The notes under the pieces are model-generated. The model did no database searches and was not told where the DNA came from. It saw only the letters and a program-made list of their open reading frames with translations. This document shows, piece after piece, positions 1 through 11,228 of a stretch of DNA of 60,243 bases. The DNA comes from Nemertoderma westbladi (Eukaryota; Animalia; Xenacoelomorpha), in assembly GCA_032718475.1 (NCBI GenBank), contig JAUCBJ010003610.1, positions 1-60,243 of the forward strand, written 5' to 3'. A program made the position numbers and the translations under genes. Within the stretch, counting starts at the first letter, position 1, and each line of letters opens with the position of its first letter.

Positions 1-868
1 TTATAAAACATTTTTGACTAATGTTTATGTTCTCACATTAAAATTACGTTTTTTTAACATCAACAGTTATCATTTATTTAATGTCTGACAAAGACATTAT
101 AGAGTAATGTTAAAATAACATATATTGAACATCTAAATATTCTATCAAACAAGGGAATAACATTTATCAACATTTATAACAAATTAATGATGTTTTTCTG
201 ACATTCCTTGAAAGTAAATTGTTTGCAGGGCTATTATACTTTACAAACAAGTTCGTAAAAGTAAAATAATAGTTATATTATATTACACCATCATACTTGG
301 ACGGCCCCTTATGATTTTTGCAACATCATCTGACTTCATTAAGGGGGGGGGGGGGGGGGGTACACCCCCCTTAATGTATCGCGTGAATTAATTTAATTAA
401 ATAATTCATCATTCATCTTGAATGTTTGATCGGTATACTTCCAAGCAAAAGATGATATTTTCCTTTAATTTAAGTCAAATACTTTATTACCTACTAACAT
501 AACATACTGGAAGACAATGAAGATAAGAACAAATTTGAGAAATATGTCTGAACATATGGTTTCTACAATATGGGAGGGGGTATGTGGCGCCGTTGAAGCC
601 AAAAGGTTAAAAAAAATATTGAGATTACAAAAATAAATATTGAGATTACAAAAAAGATATTAAGATTTTTTCGGCCGAAATATGCCATATTTACGACCGA
701 AATTGTTTAAGATATTAAGATTTTTTCGGCCGAAAAAAAATATGCCATTTACGACCGAAATTTTTTCGGCCGTTTAGCCATTAACGTAGATTAGTAGAGA
801 CAGGGCTACATGGTGTGGATTGAGATTAGGGCATTGTAGTGTGACTTATTTGACCAGTCTGCTTATAA

Positions 869-1795
869 ATGTGTGCTGGTGGTAGGGGAGCAGGGAACAT
901 ATGTGTGCTGGTGGTAGAGGAGCAGGGAACAGATGTGTGTTGGTGGTAGGGGAGCAGGGAACATATGTGTGTTGGTGGTAGGGGAGCAGGGAACAGATGT
1001 GTGTTGGTGGTAGGGGAGCAGGGAGCAGATGTGTGTTGGTGGTAGGGGAGCAGGGAACATATGTGTGTTGGTAGTAGGGGAGCAGGGAACAAATGTGTGT
1101 TGGTGGTAGGTGAGCAGGGAACAGATGTGTGCTGGTGGTAGGGGAGCAGGGAGCAGATGTGTGCTGGTGGTAGGGGAGCAGGGAACATATGTGTGTTGGT
1201 GGTAGGGGAGCAGGGAACATATGTGTGTTGGTGGTAGGGGAGCAGGGAACAGATGTGTGTTGGTGGTAGGGGAGCAGGGAGCAGATGTGTGTTGGTGGTA
1301 GGGGAGCAGGGAACATATGTGTGTTGGTAGTAGGGGAGCAGGGAACAAATGTGTGTTGGTGGTAGGTGAGCAGGGAACAGATGTGTGCTGGTGGTAGGGG
1401 AGCAGGGAACAGATGTGTGCTGGTGGTAGGGGAGCAGGGAACATATGTGTGCTGGTAGTAGGGGATCAGGGAACAGATGTGTGTTGGTGGTAGGTGAGCA
1501 GGGAACAGATGTGTGCTGGTGGTAGGCGAGCAGGGAACAGATGTGTGCTGGTGGTAGGGGAGCAGGGAAGAGATGTGTGCTGGTGGTAGGGGAGCAGGGA
1601 ACAGATGTATGCTGGTGGTAGGGGAGCAGGAAACAGATGTGTGCTGGTGGTAGGGCAGCAGGGAACATATGTGGCTGGTAGTAGGGGAGCAGGGAACAGA
1701 TGTGTGTTGGTGGTAGGTGAGCAGGGAACATATGTGTGCTGGTGGTAGGGGAGCAGGGAACAGATGTGTGCTGGTGGTAGGGGAGCAGGGAACAG
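869..1795. repeat. 32-bp G-rich minisatellite (ATGTGTGYTGGTGGTAGGGGAGCAGGGAACAK), about 29 copies
   Basis: Period of 32 read directly (units at 901 and 933). Explains ORFs 826-1731, 846-1862 and 863-1444. Confidence 0.97.
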
Positions 1796-1801
1796 CGGTG
1801 T

Positions 1802-2523
1802 TCAATATTTTTTTTGTAATCTCAATTTTTTTTGTAATCTCAATATTTTTTCGTAATCTCAATTTTTTTTGTAATCTAAATATTTTTTTTGTAATCTCAA
1901 TATTATTTTCGTAATCTTAATATTTTTTTGTAATCTCAATATTTTTTTTGTAATCTCAATATTTTTTTTGTAATTTCAAAATATTTTTTTTGTAATCTCA
2001 ATATATTTTTTGTAATTTCAAAATATTTTTTTGTAATCTCAATATTTTTTTCGTAATCTCAAAATATTTTTTTCGTAATCTCAATATTTTTTTTGTAATC
2101 TCAATATTTTTTTTGTAATCTCAATATTTTTTTTGTAATTTCAAAATATTTTTTTTGTAATCTCAATATATTTTTTGTAATTTCAAAATATTTTTTTTGT
2201 AATCTCAATATCTTTTTTGTAATTTCAAAATATTTTTTTTGTAATCTCAATATTTTTTTCGTAATCTCAATATTTTTTTTGTAATCTCAATTTTTTTTGT
2301 AATCTAAATATCTTTTTTGTGATCTCAATTTTTTTTTGTAATCTCCATATTTTTTTTGTAATCTCAATATTCTTTTTGTAATCTCAAAATATTTTTTTTG
2401 TAATCTCCATATTTTTTGTTTTGTTTGTAATCTCAATATTTTTTTTTGTAATCTCAAAATATATTTTTTGTAATCTCAATATTTTTTTTGTAATCTCAAT
2501 ATTTTTTTTCTAACCTCAATATC
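1802..2523. repeat. AT-rich ~20-22-bp tandem repeat (GTAATCTCAATA followed by a T run)
   Basis: Visible tandem units with variable T-run length. Confidence 0.95.

Positions 2524-2524
<1 letters not shown>

Positions 2525-2569
<45 letters not shown>
2525..2569 (-). repeat. Poly(A) tract on the minus strand (45 nt), probable retroposition tail
   Basis: Uninterrupted T run on +, lying downstream (minus sense) of the CRE-like ORF and the GPCR segment. Confidence 0.7.
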
Positions 2570-2570
<1 letters not shown>

Positions 2571-2788
2571 TTATTAATTATCCAATTTTTTTAATCTACA
2601 TGAGTTACATTAAAGCAAAACTAAATTACAAGAAACCGGTAAACTACATAATATTGTACAAAGTTCGTATATAGAGGAGCTAAAATTCGTAAAACATCAA
2701 ATTCTCTCTCAGAGTAAGAAATACTCTAATACGAACAGACGGTCAATCATCCATCTAATGTTATAAAAGTAATCTCAAGTCTCCAAGG

Positions 2789-2977
2789 TTACAGTTTTGT
2801 ACTATCGAGTGTGCTATGCCTCGTCATTTCCGAATTGTAATTGACAGTTCTTTGATTGATAAAAGCCAAGCGCTGTTGGTTACCCCGGCAACAAACGCGA
2901 CGAAAGTCCCGACGAAATTGTTGTGACATAATATTATATAATATTGGGTTCACTGCTGAGTTGAGATAAATTAACAC
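2789..2977 (-). pseudogene. Class A (rhodopsin-like) GPCR TM7, helix 8 and C-tail; either a terminal exon or a captured fragment
   Basis: [25 protein letters not shown] contains NSxxNPxxY, the helix-8 F-R-x-x-F and a CC pair. It is preceded on minus by ttctcatag|GTG, which resembles a splice acceptor. No other GPCR exons were recognised in the window. Confidence 0.8.
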
Positions 2978-2995
2978 CTATGAGAATTCCTGGAT

Positions 2996-4108
2996 TCAGA
3001 GTAGGAATACCTCATCAAGGCCCGCCTGGTGGGGGGTGGTACCTAGGACAGATGTCGCATTCCCTCTGACCACTGCAATTGAGAGCCGCTGGAAAAGGAA
3101 TTCTGTGGACCTAGGTTCACCTGTTTCCTTGGCGATTCTCCGCCCTATCTCCCGCAGTACTGCGGTGCCTTCTGCACCGATTGGGCCTAAGGTCTCTAAG
3201 GCAATAGTGCGGAATAAGTGGTGGTGCTGGAGCGCAGCATACTTATTTCCTTTACTGGTCTCTGCCATTAAAGCGGCTGCACCTGCAGATTTACTTGTCT
3301 CGGGTAGATAGGAAGGAGCGAGGGTGTCCCTGCAAGTAAAGTCCCAAACGAGTGGGCGGCCTGAGGTCCAAGGGGCAAAGGTCAAACCGTCTGGTTTCTT
3401 GCCGTCTTGTGAAAGTCCTCGAGGCTCCAAGGTGGAGGCAATGCCGGCTGATGAGAGTGCACGGTGAATGATGTCATTGGCCTCTGCATGACGGGTGTAT
3501 TTCCCATAATTGTGTAAGCAGCTGAGGCCATGACTTCCACTCGTGTCGACTTCCAACCCGCAACCCCTGCAGGAATGCTCCTCGCAAATAGGTGTACCCA
3601 AGCGGAGAGCTGCTCCCACCCGCAGCTGCTCATCACTGAGGCGAAGGCCTAGGGATGATACCGGCAGTGCCCTTAGCCAGTCCCCGGCGTGGTCTGCGGC
3701 GGCAGCTAGGAGACGAGCCTTCTCTTTTGCTGATGAGGCTTTGGTGATCAGTTCATCCTGTCGTGATGAGCACAGCGGGGCATCCCATCCTTTCTGAATG
3801 GCTTGATTGATTGGTTCAGGGAAATCGGTAGGTAGTAGTTGCTTCGCAGCTATTAGGAGTGGGTTGGGGATGCTGGAAATGGAACTGGGTAGTAGGGTGT
3901 TAAGCAGTGGGATGCACCCATGGCTGGAAGCCAGGAAAGCTGGTAAAGCTACGTCGGATGTGCTTCTAACCCCCAGTCCGCCCAAAGATATTGGAAGGGA
4001 AGCCTGGGCCCAAGCATCGCCCCCAATCCTAGTGTTGAGCACAATTTGGCAGCACTGCCGAATCTTATCATCTAGAGACTTCAATCGAGGCGATCCAAAG
4101 GCGGGTGA
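2996..4108 (-). mobile_element. 5'-truncated CRE-like (RLE-type) non-LTR retrotransposon: end of RT, Zn knuckle and restriction-like endonuclease
   Basis: ORF 2996-4084 contains LPISLGGLGV (post-RT), CRGC...HGLSC (CCHC), RHAEAND, KKPDG, VWDFT, KGNKY and FQRLSIAVVRGNA, the motif order of CRE/R2-group RLE proteins. Confidence 0.88.
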
Positions 4109-4956
4109 ACATAGCCCAGCCTATCATTGCTAAGACAACGCCCTATCAGAATACGTCATCCCTCATGAGCTGTTACTGTTGGTACCAGTGTAAGAACAAG
4201 GAGGCACACACACCTGACGTTATACTACTCAGCCCACTAGCCCCAGGTTATCACTGCAGTAATGACTGTATTACAGTATGCCAGTGCCAGACAATGAAAG
4301 GTCGTTGTTCTTCAACTCAACTTCATAACTCCTCGTCTCGCTGCGCCTCCGGTATGCTTGTATCTTTACGTTTAAAGTCCTTCATACATATACAACGTTT
4401 CACTCTCTCCAGTTTTTTTTTCACGTATATTTAACTCTAACAATAATATTTTAATATATTTACGCTATACTGTATAAGTCTGTGTAATTCGGTGCCTCAC
4501 TGTAACCTGCTCCTGTAAATCTACATAATCTTGTAACACGTGTTAAATATTAATTAACCTGCATAATCTTGTAACATGTGTTAACTATCGTTTATTATTT
4601 TGGTTCTATCTTCCCGCCTCTATAGCCTGCTACTTTACTAACCTACATAAACTTGTAATACGTTTTATTTACAGATTCAAAATCCCAAATTCCCTATTTC
4701 CAAAGCCCAAATGATTTACCCTAATTTCCTTTATTTCCAAATCCCAAATTTCTTATTCGCAGATCCCAAAAGGACGCGTTGTTCAACTGAGCCCCGTCAG
4801 CGGAAACAGCCAGTGCCGCTAGTCGGTGGGGTTGACTTGTTATGTTAACGAGAGGCTTATTATGAGGCATAATGAGATACGCATTGCGTATCTCCTTCAG
4901 CCAACCAATAATGGCCGATCAACAAATAAAAACCGATAATCACTAATATAATGGCA

Positions 4957-5290
4957 AATCCCAAATTCCATTTTCCCAAATCCCAAATACCTTATTCCCA
5001 AATCCCAAATCCTAAATACCTTATTCCCAAATACCTTATTCCCAAATACCTTATTCCCAAATCCCAAATACCTTATTCCCAAATCCCAAATACCTTATTC
5101 CCAAATCCCAAATACCTTATTCCCAAATCCCAAATACCTTATTCCCAAATCCCAAATACCTTATTCCCAAATCCCAAATACCTTATTCCCAAATCCCAAA
5201 TACCTTATTCCCAAATCCCAAATACCTTATTCCCAAATCCCAAATACCTTATTCCCAAATACCAAATACCTTATTCCCAAATACCAAATA
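4957..5290. repeat. Tandem repeat built from TCCCAAA and TACCTTAT subunits (15/22-bp units), probably the subterminal array of a MITE
   Basis: Visible array, with related degenerate units at 4675-4770. Confidence 0.9.
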
Positions 5291-5350
5291 TACCTGTCTC
5301 CTAATTATACATTTAATCTAATTAAAGTTTATTGGAAGTTATCTCCTATG

Positions 5351-5955
5351 TACGGTGGCCCAGAACGGCCAAGAAACTTTTTAAATGTGAAAGTGTACTT
5401 TTCAGTGCTAAAGTGTTCTTTTCAGTGTGAAAATTATCTTTTCATTGTGAAAGTGTAAATTTGAAAGTGCGAAAGTGTAAATTTGAAAGTGCAAAAGTGT
5501 AAATTTGAAAGTGCGAAATTGTAAATTTGAAAGTGGTAAAGTGTAAATTTGAAAGTGCAAAAGTGTAAATTTGAAAGTGCGAAAGTGTAAATTTGAAAGT
5601 GCAAAAGTGTAAATTTTAAAGTGCGAAAGTGTAAATTTGAAAGTGCGAAAGTGTAAATTTGAAAGTGCGAAAGTGTAAATTTGAAAGTGCGAAAGTGTAA
5701 ATTTGAAAGTGCGAAAGTGTAAATTTGAAAATGCAAAAGTGTAAATTTGAAAGTGGGAAAGTGTAAATTTGAAAGTGCAAAAGTGTAAATTTGAAAGTGT
5801 GAAAGTGTAAATTTGAAAATGCAAAAGTGTAAATTTGAAAGTGCGAAAGTGTAAATTTGAAAGTGCGAAAGTGTAAACTTGAAAGTGCGAAAGTGTAAAT
5901 TTGAAAGTGCGAAAGTGTAAATTTGAAAGCGAGAAAGTGTTAATTTGAAAGCTAG
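5351..5955 (+). repeat. Left TIR with 22-bp subterminal tandem array (AAAGTGTAAATTTGAAAGTGCG)
   Basis: Reverse complement of 9955-10505; period 22. Confidence 0.95.
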
Positions 5956-6341
5956 AAACATGGTGGGATTTTTAAATTTAGACTGTTGGACTAGTGATCG
6001 ACCATGCCCTGTCTGACTGTTGTGCTGTTCTGTAAATCTACTGCTGCAGTACCCCCGCTGGCGCTGGTATGTATACAGGTATCAGTATTTGCTTTGTCAT
6101 ATCATCATGTAGTCTGCTCGCCTTTGGCCCTGCGCCCTGGGTGGTGCAGTCAGTCTGTCAGAGCTGTGGCAGCAGAAACGTTCTTTAGCATAACGGTACT
6201 GTCAGACTGTACTGTTGTGTAGTGCTTAAATATGCAATGGGATAGGCCCAACCGCCCTATATGCTATAACTACCTGCATTACTACCCATACTACTGTAGT
6301 ACTGAGTTATACCGGTAATAATTAAACATTGAAACTGCGGA

Positions 6342-7897
6342 ATGACCTTTTGCTTTACATGTGGGACCAGACTAACTGAAAATGCATCCTTTTGTCATAT
6401 TTGTGGATCAAATGTCACAGAGTCAACTGATCAGGGTCAAAGTACCAGTACAGGGGGATACACGAATTCGCCTCATTCACATTCTCCTTCAATTAAAACT
6501 TTCGACGAATACTGTGCTGAAAAAAAGAGAGGCCATTTACAGTCACTTCCAGATTCCGCTACCGGTAGTAAATTCCAAAAGAAACTTACGAGCAGGGATT
6601 TGGAGCGTGCTTCTATTGTCATAAAGGCCATGAAGTACCACCGTGACTCTCCTCTATTGTTAAAGAAGGTTTGGGCGAAGAAGGTTATGGTTACAGTCCC
6701 CAAGTTATCTGACTATGAGGAATTATTACAGGAAGGTGTGGGTGCATTTACAGCATTTCATAGTGATGTGTTCCCTAATTCCCCAAATATTAGTGACTTC
6801 TGTCTCCTGTATGGGGATTGTAAGTTAGCTAATAGACTTCCTCGTGGACATGCCGAGTTTATACTGCAAAAATATAGAGAGCAGCTGGGAGAAAATTATC
6901 GTAATATGACATTTTTCATATGTTTAAAGGCTGATTACCAGGATAGCATTGTAAATCGGGAGTTGGAAGATGATGCAGAGAATGTATCTAAGGAGGAACA
7001 CCCAGCCGAAGCAGATCACAATACTCCTAGTGTTTGTGATTCAGTTGTTTCTGAGGAAGTTGTTGAAATAGACGATGTTCTTGGCAATATGCCATTGGCA
7101 CCTGTTATGATACCAGAAGTTTTTGTTATTGATGGCGAATCAGATACTGAAACTGTGGGTGTTATTAATGGAATGAATGATTCATTGGAAAATTTTAATG
7201 AATCTGACATTCCATCATTGAAAGAATTATATAAGGTATCCAATGGTGACATAGATTTTTTTACAGATTGTTCTATTGTATATGATTACACTAATGATGA
7301 TATCGAGTATAGTACCGTACGTGTTAGGAGACGGCTACTGATCTCTGATCTAATGAAACTATTACCTAAAGTAGACCCTCTAAAACATCTAAAGGTTGTG
7401 TTTACAGGTGAACCTGGCCAAGATAATGGTGGCCTTCGTCGAGACTTTTTTGGTTCAGCAATGAAGGAATTGTATGAAAGTAGCTCGTTTTTTATTAACA
7501 TTGATAATTATTTAGTCCCAAGTGCTGCGGATATGACAAAGGTTGTCAGTGGGAAATTTGATCTAATAGGTCAATTTTTTGCCATGACCTTTCTTCATGG
7601 TGAACAGTTTATTGGTGTTATTCACCCTATTGTGGCTTCTTATATAGTTTTTGGACTAACTGACCCACTTAAATTACTGATGAATCACCCAACCTTATCG
7701 AAATCTGGAATTTTCGGGGAATTTTTAAGTACTGCAGATAATTGTCCAGAAGTCCAGATAATTGTGGATGCCGCATATCATTTTCTACGTGCGCATTCCA
7801 AATGGTTATTCCACGCCATATCAATGACCAGAGTGAACTGGATAATATAATAATTCGAACCGTAATCGAGTCTGGCAAGGGTTTTAATACTTTATAA
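6342..7897 (+). pseudogene. Transposon cargo gene: N-terminal double-CxxC zinc ribbon plus HECT E3 ligase domain, internally deleted and frameshifted
   Basis: FCFTCG...FCHICG at the N-terminus; VVFTGEPGQDNGGLRRDFF marks the start of the HECT N-lobe. The ORF stops at 7850, but an overlapping frame (7742-7897) reads RISFSTCAFQMVIP...IESGKGFNTL*, the HECT catalytic-Cys motif and terminal GF. Confidence 0.8.
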
Positions 7898-8628
7898 ATT
7901 ACATGTAATACAAAGTTTTAATTTCTATTATCATTATATTATGTTTTCAACATAATTTCATAGTTTTAGTGTCTTGTGTTTTTGTTTAGTGTTAAATCTT
8001 AACTTGTTAAATCATTTAAATATTAAAACAATTCCGTGTTGTCAATTAAATCTCTTACGTTAAACATTATTTAATTGAAGTGATATGTGCTCCTGGATTC
8101 CACAGATGGCCCCACAGCAATTCAATTGATCGCCCCACAGATGGGCGAGCCACGTTCTACCTTCGTGTAGTGGTCTTGTAGTAGCTTAATGAGAACTGGA
8201 GTTTCCTCTGGGGAATAAAGTTCTGGGGGGACCGCACTAGAAATAAGTCGTCAGACTTTGTGCGTAATTTTTTTTACGTAATTGTGCATAATTTCTGGCC
8301 TAGCGACCAAGGAAAATTTTCTTTACTTTACTTTTACAGATATCATTTATAAAAATATGTCATATATCAGATTAGAGATAGCTAGTTGTTCGCACACGTT
8401 ACTAAGTCGTTGACACGACTTAGCAAAAAAAATTATTTTTAATTCCCCTTTAGGGGCTCCGGGCTCCATAGTTACGGGTGTAACATCGGAATCTGTCCCC
8501 CCGCGGATACAGTTCGGGGGGACTAAACTGCTATTACAACTGGTATAAATAAAAACATATTACTGAAATTACGAAATTATTATGATAAAACAAAATAATT
8601 ATACAGTATAGGTATCAATCAACCGTGG

Positions 8629-9777
8629 TTACCAGTGGGATTGAATAGAGCGATAAAGTTGTAATGATTCTACCCAAGTTGATGGTTTTCTCAAATGTAA
8701 GCAGGTCCGCACATAGTCACAATATTCATACATATCTTCATCAGTAGGCCTAGGTACTGGTATTTGATTCAAAGAAGTACGCACAGTTTGGAGCGTATCA
8801 TTATTGACACGAAGGTTAAGGTTCTCCTCACCGCCGTTACAGGAAGGATTGAAATAGTTACATACAGGCTTCCCTGATATTGTGTTAAAGCGCGACTTAC
8901 GAATATAATGATTATTCCAGTCCTCGGCAATATCATCGAGTTCTAACTGTATGGTATCAGCAAAACAGTACCACATAATAGCTTTATGTCTACTATTATT
9001 TGTGTCGTATTCATTACTATCAATTAATTCATTAAAAAATGTAATCCACCACTGAGTCCAAGACTTCCTCAAGTAGGCCCACCACGATTCTATTCGCTGA
9101 TTGTGGGGTGAACCGACGTATTTATGGGCCCCCAATGATTGACGAAAGAAACATTGAGCCCCGGCCATAACCCCATTCTCAGTGCCCCGATCCGTATCAA
9201 GTCTCAGTGGACATCCATGTAATACTACTGTAGGTAAATAAAATCTGCAAATAACGTTAGGGTCATTATTTGTACGGCAAACCTTCAACCATAATACAAA
9301 TCGGGACCACCCATCTATACACCCATGTATTGGGAACCCATATGATTTCAACTTGTCGTACCCATCCGTATGCCATGCTGCATTCGGACCACGGTTGGAA
9401 TACATCCTTCGTTTAAGTTTCCGTTTTTGGCGTAATGCAGTAGCTTCTGGGTTCAAGAGTTTTAGCAGTAGTTGTACAGTAGAACGCGTTACAGGAAACC
9501 CTTTCTTATTAAGATAGCGCCACATATGACGGTAACCCCAACTGGACCCCGACCCACGAATAATGTTTCTCATCACTGCTTTGATCTGGTCAATGTCAAT
9601 GTTACGGTTTCTGCGTACTAAATGTAAGTCTTTAAGACGCCTTCTTATCGTGCGTGCACTGATTTGGACATTTTCTCTAACCCGCATAATCTTTACAATC
9701 TCCACATATGTCAAACCCTGACGGAAATAATTTTTTAGTTTGATTTCGTCATATCCCGCCATGACAGAATAGACCAC
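8629..9777 (-). CDS. IS3EU-type DDE transposase (integrase core), uninterrupted, 382 aa
   Basis: WHTDGYDKL, IHGCIDGWSR, DTDRGTEN, HNQRIESWW and WNNHYIR, with an N-terminal HTH-like region (ISARTIRRRL; WGYRHMW). First ATG at 9762. Confidence 0.93.
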   Translation of the reverse strand: MVYSVMAGYDEIKLKNYFRQGLTYVEIVKIMRVRENVQISARTIRRRLKDLHLVRRNRNIDIDQIKAVMRNIIRGSGSSWGYRHMWRYLNKKGFPVTRSTVQLLLKLLNPEATALRQKRKLKRRMYSNRGPNAAWHTDGYDKLKSYGFPIHGCIDGWSRFVLWLKVCRTNNDPNVICRFYLPTVVLHGCPLRLDTDRGTENGVMAGAQCFFRQSLGAHKYVGSPHNQRIESWWAYLRKSWTQWWITFFNELIDSNEYDTNNSRHKAIMWYCFADTIQLELDDIAEDWNNHYIRKSRFNTISGKPVCNYFNPSCNGGEENLNLRVNNDTLQTVRTSLNQIPVPRPTDEDMYEYCDYVRTCLHLRKPSTWVESLQLYRSIQSHW

Positions 9778-9954
9778 AACAGCGCATTAGTACGGATGCA
9801 TTCTGCCGGATGGATGTCAATAATATTACTGTTTTATGTTATGTATTAGTAACTGCCAAATGTACCGGTACAGTTGATAGGCCTCTCTATGTATACTTTA
9901 CAGCACATGGTCTGGCTTACCCATCAGAATTTAAATTTCCCGCCATAATTCGTA

Positions 9955-10505
9955 TTTAAATTTACACTTTCTCACTTTCAAATTTACACTTTCTCACTTT
10001 CAAATTTACACTTTCTCACTTTCAAATTTACACTTTCTCACTTTCAAATTTACACTTTCGCACTTTCAAATTTACACTTTCTCACTTTCAAATTTACACT
10101 TTCTCACTTTCAAATTTACACTTTCGTACTTTCAAATTTACACTTTCGCACTTTCAAATTTACACTTTCGCACTTTCAAATTTACACTTTCGCACTTTCA
10201 AATTTACACTTTCGCACTTTCAAATTTACACTTTCGCACTTTCAAATTTACACTTTCTCGCTTTCAAATTTACACCTTCGCACTTTCAAATTTACACTTT
10301 CGCACTTTCAAATTTACACTTTCGCACTTTCAAATTTACACTTTCGCACTTTCAGATTTACACTTTGACAATGAAAAGATAATTTTCACACTGAAAAGAT
10401 CATTTTCACACTGAAAAGATCATTTTCACACTAAAAAGAACACTTTAGCACTGAAAAGGACACTTTCACATTTAAAAAGTTGCTTGGCCGTTCTGGGCCA
10501 CCGTA
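9955..10505 (-). repeat. Right TIR with 22-bp subterminal tandem array
   Basis: (CACTTTCAAATTTACACTTTCG)n, followed by a terminus complementary to the left end. Confidence 0.95.
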
Positions 10506-11018
10506 CCTATGCATTGGATGTGATAAATCTTTGATCCATCGTCGACTGAAGCAAACTGAGTCACCGTCTGTGTCCGTTTAGTACACTGTCGCCGTATTTT
10601 CTTTGCTCATTTTCTCTAAAATGTCTTATATAGGACGTATGGAATAGTCTTACACGTTAAACAATTATTTACATACATTAGCTAGTCCCGTCACTTCCAA
10701 CTGGACGCAAACATTATGCAAACACGAGCTGCTTTATTGAATAAAGAATCACGCATTAATATAAATGGAAATAATACATTCTAGAATACGGTAATTTAAG
10801 TTGTTTCCATGTTATCGATTACTTTGCAGCGTTCCGTCCTATAGGCCGCCACGCTGCAAAGTAGTAGTTTGCAGCGTTACGAGTAATTCACCAGAACGCT
10901 GTTAAGTTGACATAATGTAACAAAAAAATATAGTACTCGACCCCATCCTCAATACAATTATTAATAAATCAATAAATTGTCAGGGGAGTAAATTGATATT
11001 TATTACTGTTGTTTACAG

Positions 11019-11228
11019 CCTCCCGGTTTAATTGGATTCTTTTTGAAAATGAGCCTGATATGGTGAAAATGATAATCACCGGGAACATATCCGGTGGAGT
11101 ATCATTCTCAGCACATGAAGACCGCTGCGACTATGCGATCCGCTTCGATCATACGCAGGTTCCTGATACTGAGAGACGATGGCCAACGTTTGACTTATTT
11201 GTTGATAAAACTGATAGTAGTAGTAAAA
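11019..11228 (+). CDS. ABCA: Internal coding exon of the ABCA gene (first extracellular domain)
   Basis: Acceptor tttacag| at 11018 and donor |gttagt at 11229. The translation has FENE..M, GGVSF, DYAIRF and WPTFDLF, resembling ABCA ECD1. Its phase-1 end joins in frame to the exon at 12307. Confidence 0.72.

Larger units (their letters stand above)
581..2523. mobile_element. Putative non-autonomous foldback-type DNA element; right terminus lost or replaced
   Basis: The left arm (~606-665) has ATATTGAGATTACAAAAA units, the reverse complement of the GTAATCTCAATATTTTTT array at 1802-2523. A 32-bp minisatellite lies between them. No matching right terminus or TSD was found; the array runs into the poly(T) at 2525. 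Confidence 0.4.
5351..10505. mobile_element. IS3EU-type DDE DNA transposon with both ends intact and a 6-bp TSD (CCTATG)
   Basis: Termini TACGGTGGCCCAGAACGGCCAAG (5351) and CTTGGCCGTTCTGGGCCACCGTA (ends 10505). CCTATG at 5345-5350 and 10506-10511. Long TIRs and two convergent ORFs. TAY..RTA ends with a 6-bp TSD match the described IS3EU superfamily. Confidence 0.92.

Noticed and set aside
826-1862. Long Pro/His/Cys-rich ORFs
   Set aside because: Translations of the 32-bp minisatellite, open in all three minus frames.
4897-5961. Repetitive ORFs (KYLIP.., FQIYTF..)
   Set aside because: Translations of tandem arrays and the transposon TIR.
8160-8545. Possible small MITE between the two IS3EU ORFs
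   Set aside because: G/C-run motifs suggest one, but I could not define matching ends or a TSD.
10510-11010. Possible first exons of ABCA
   Set aside because: No LLWKN/TM1-like frame with credible splice sites was found, even after joining the sequence across the IS3EU TSD.
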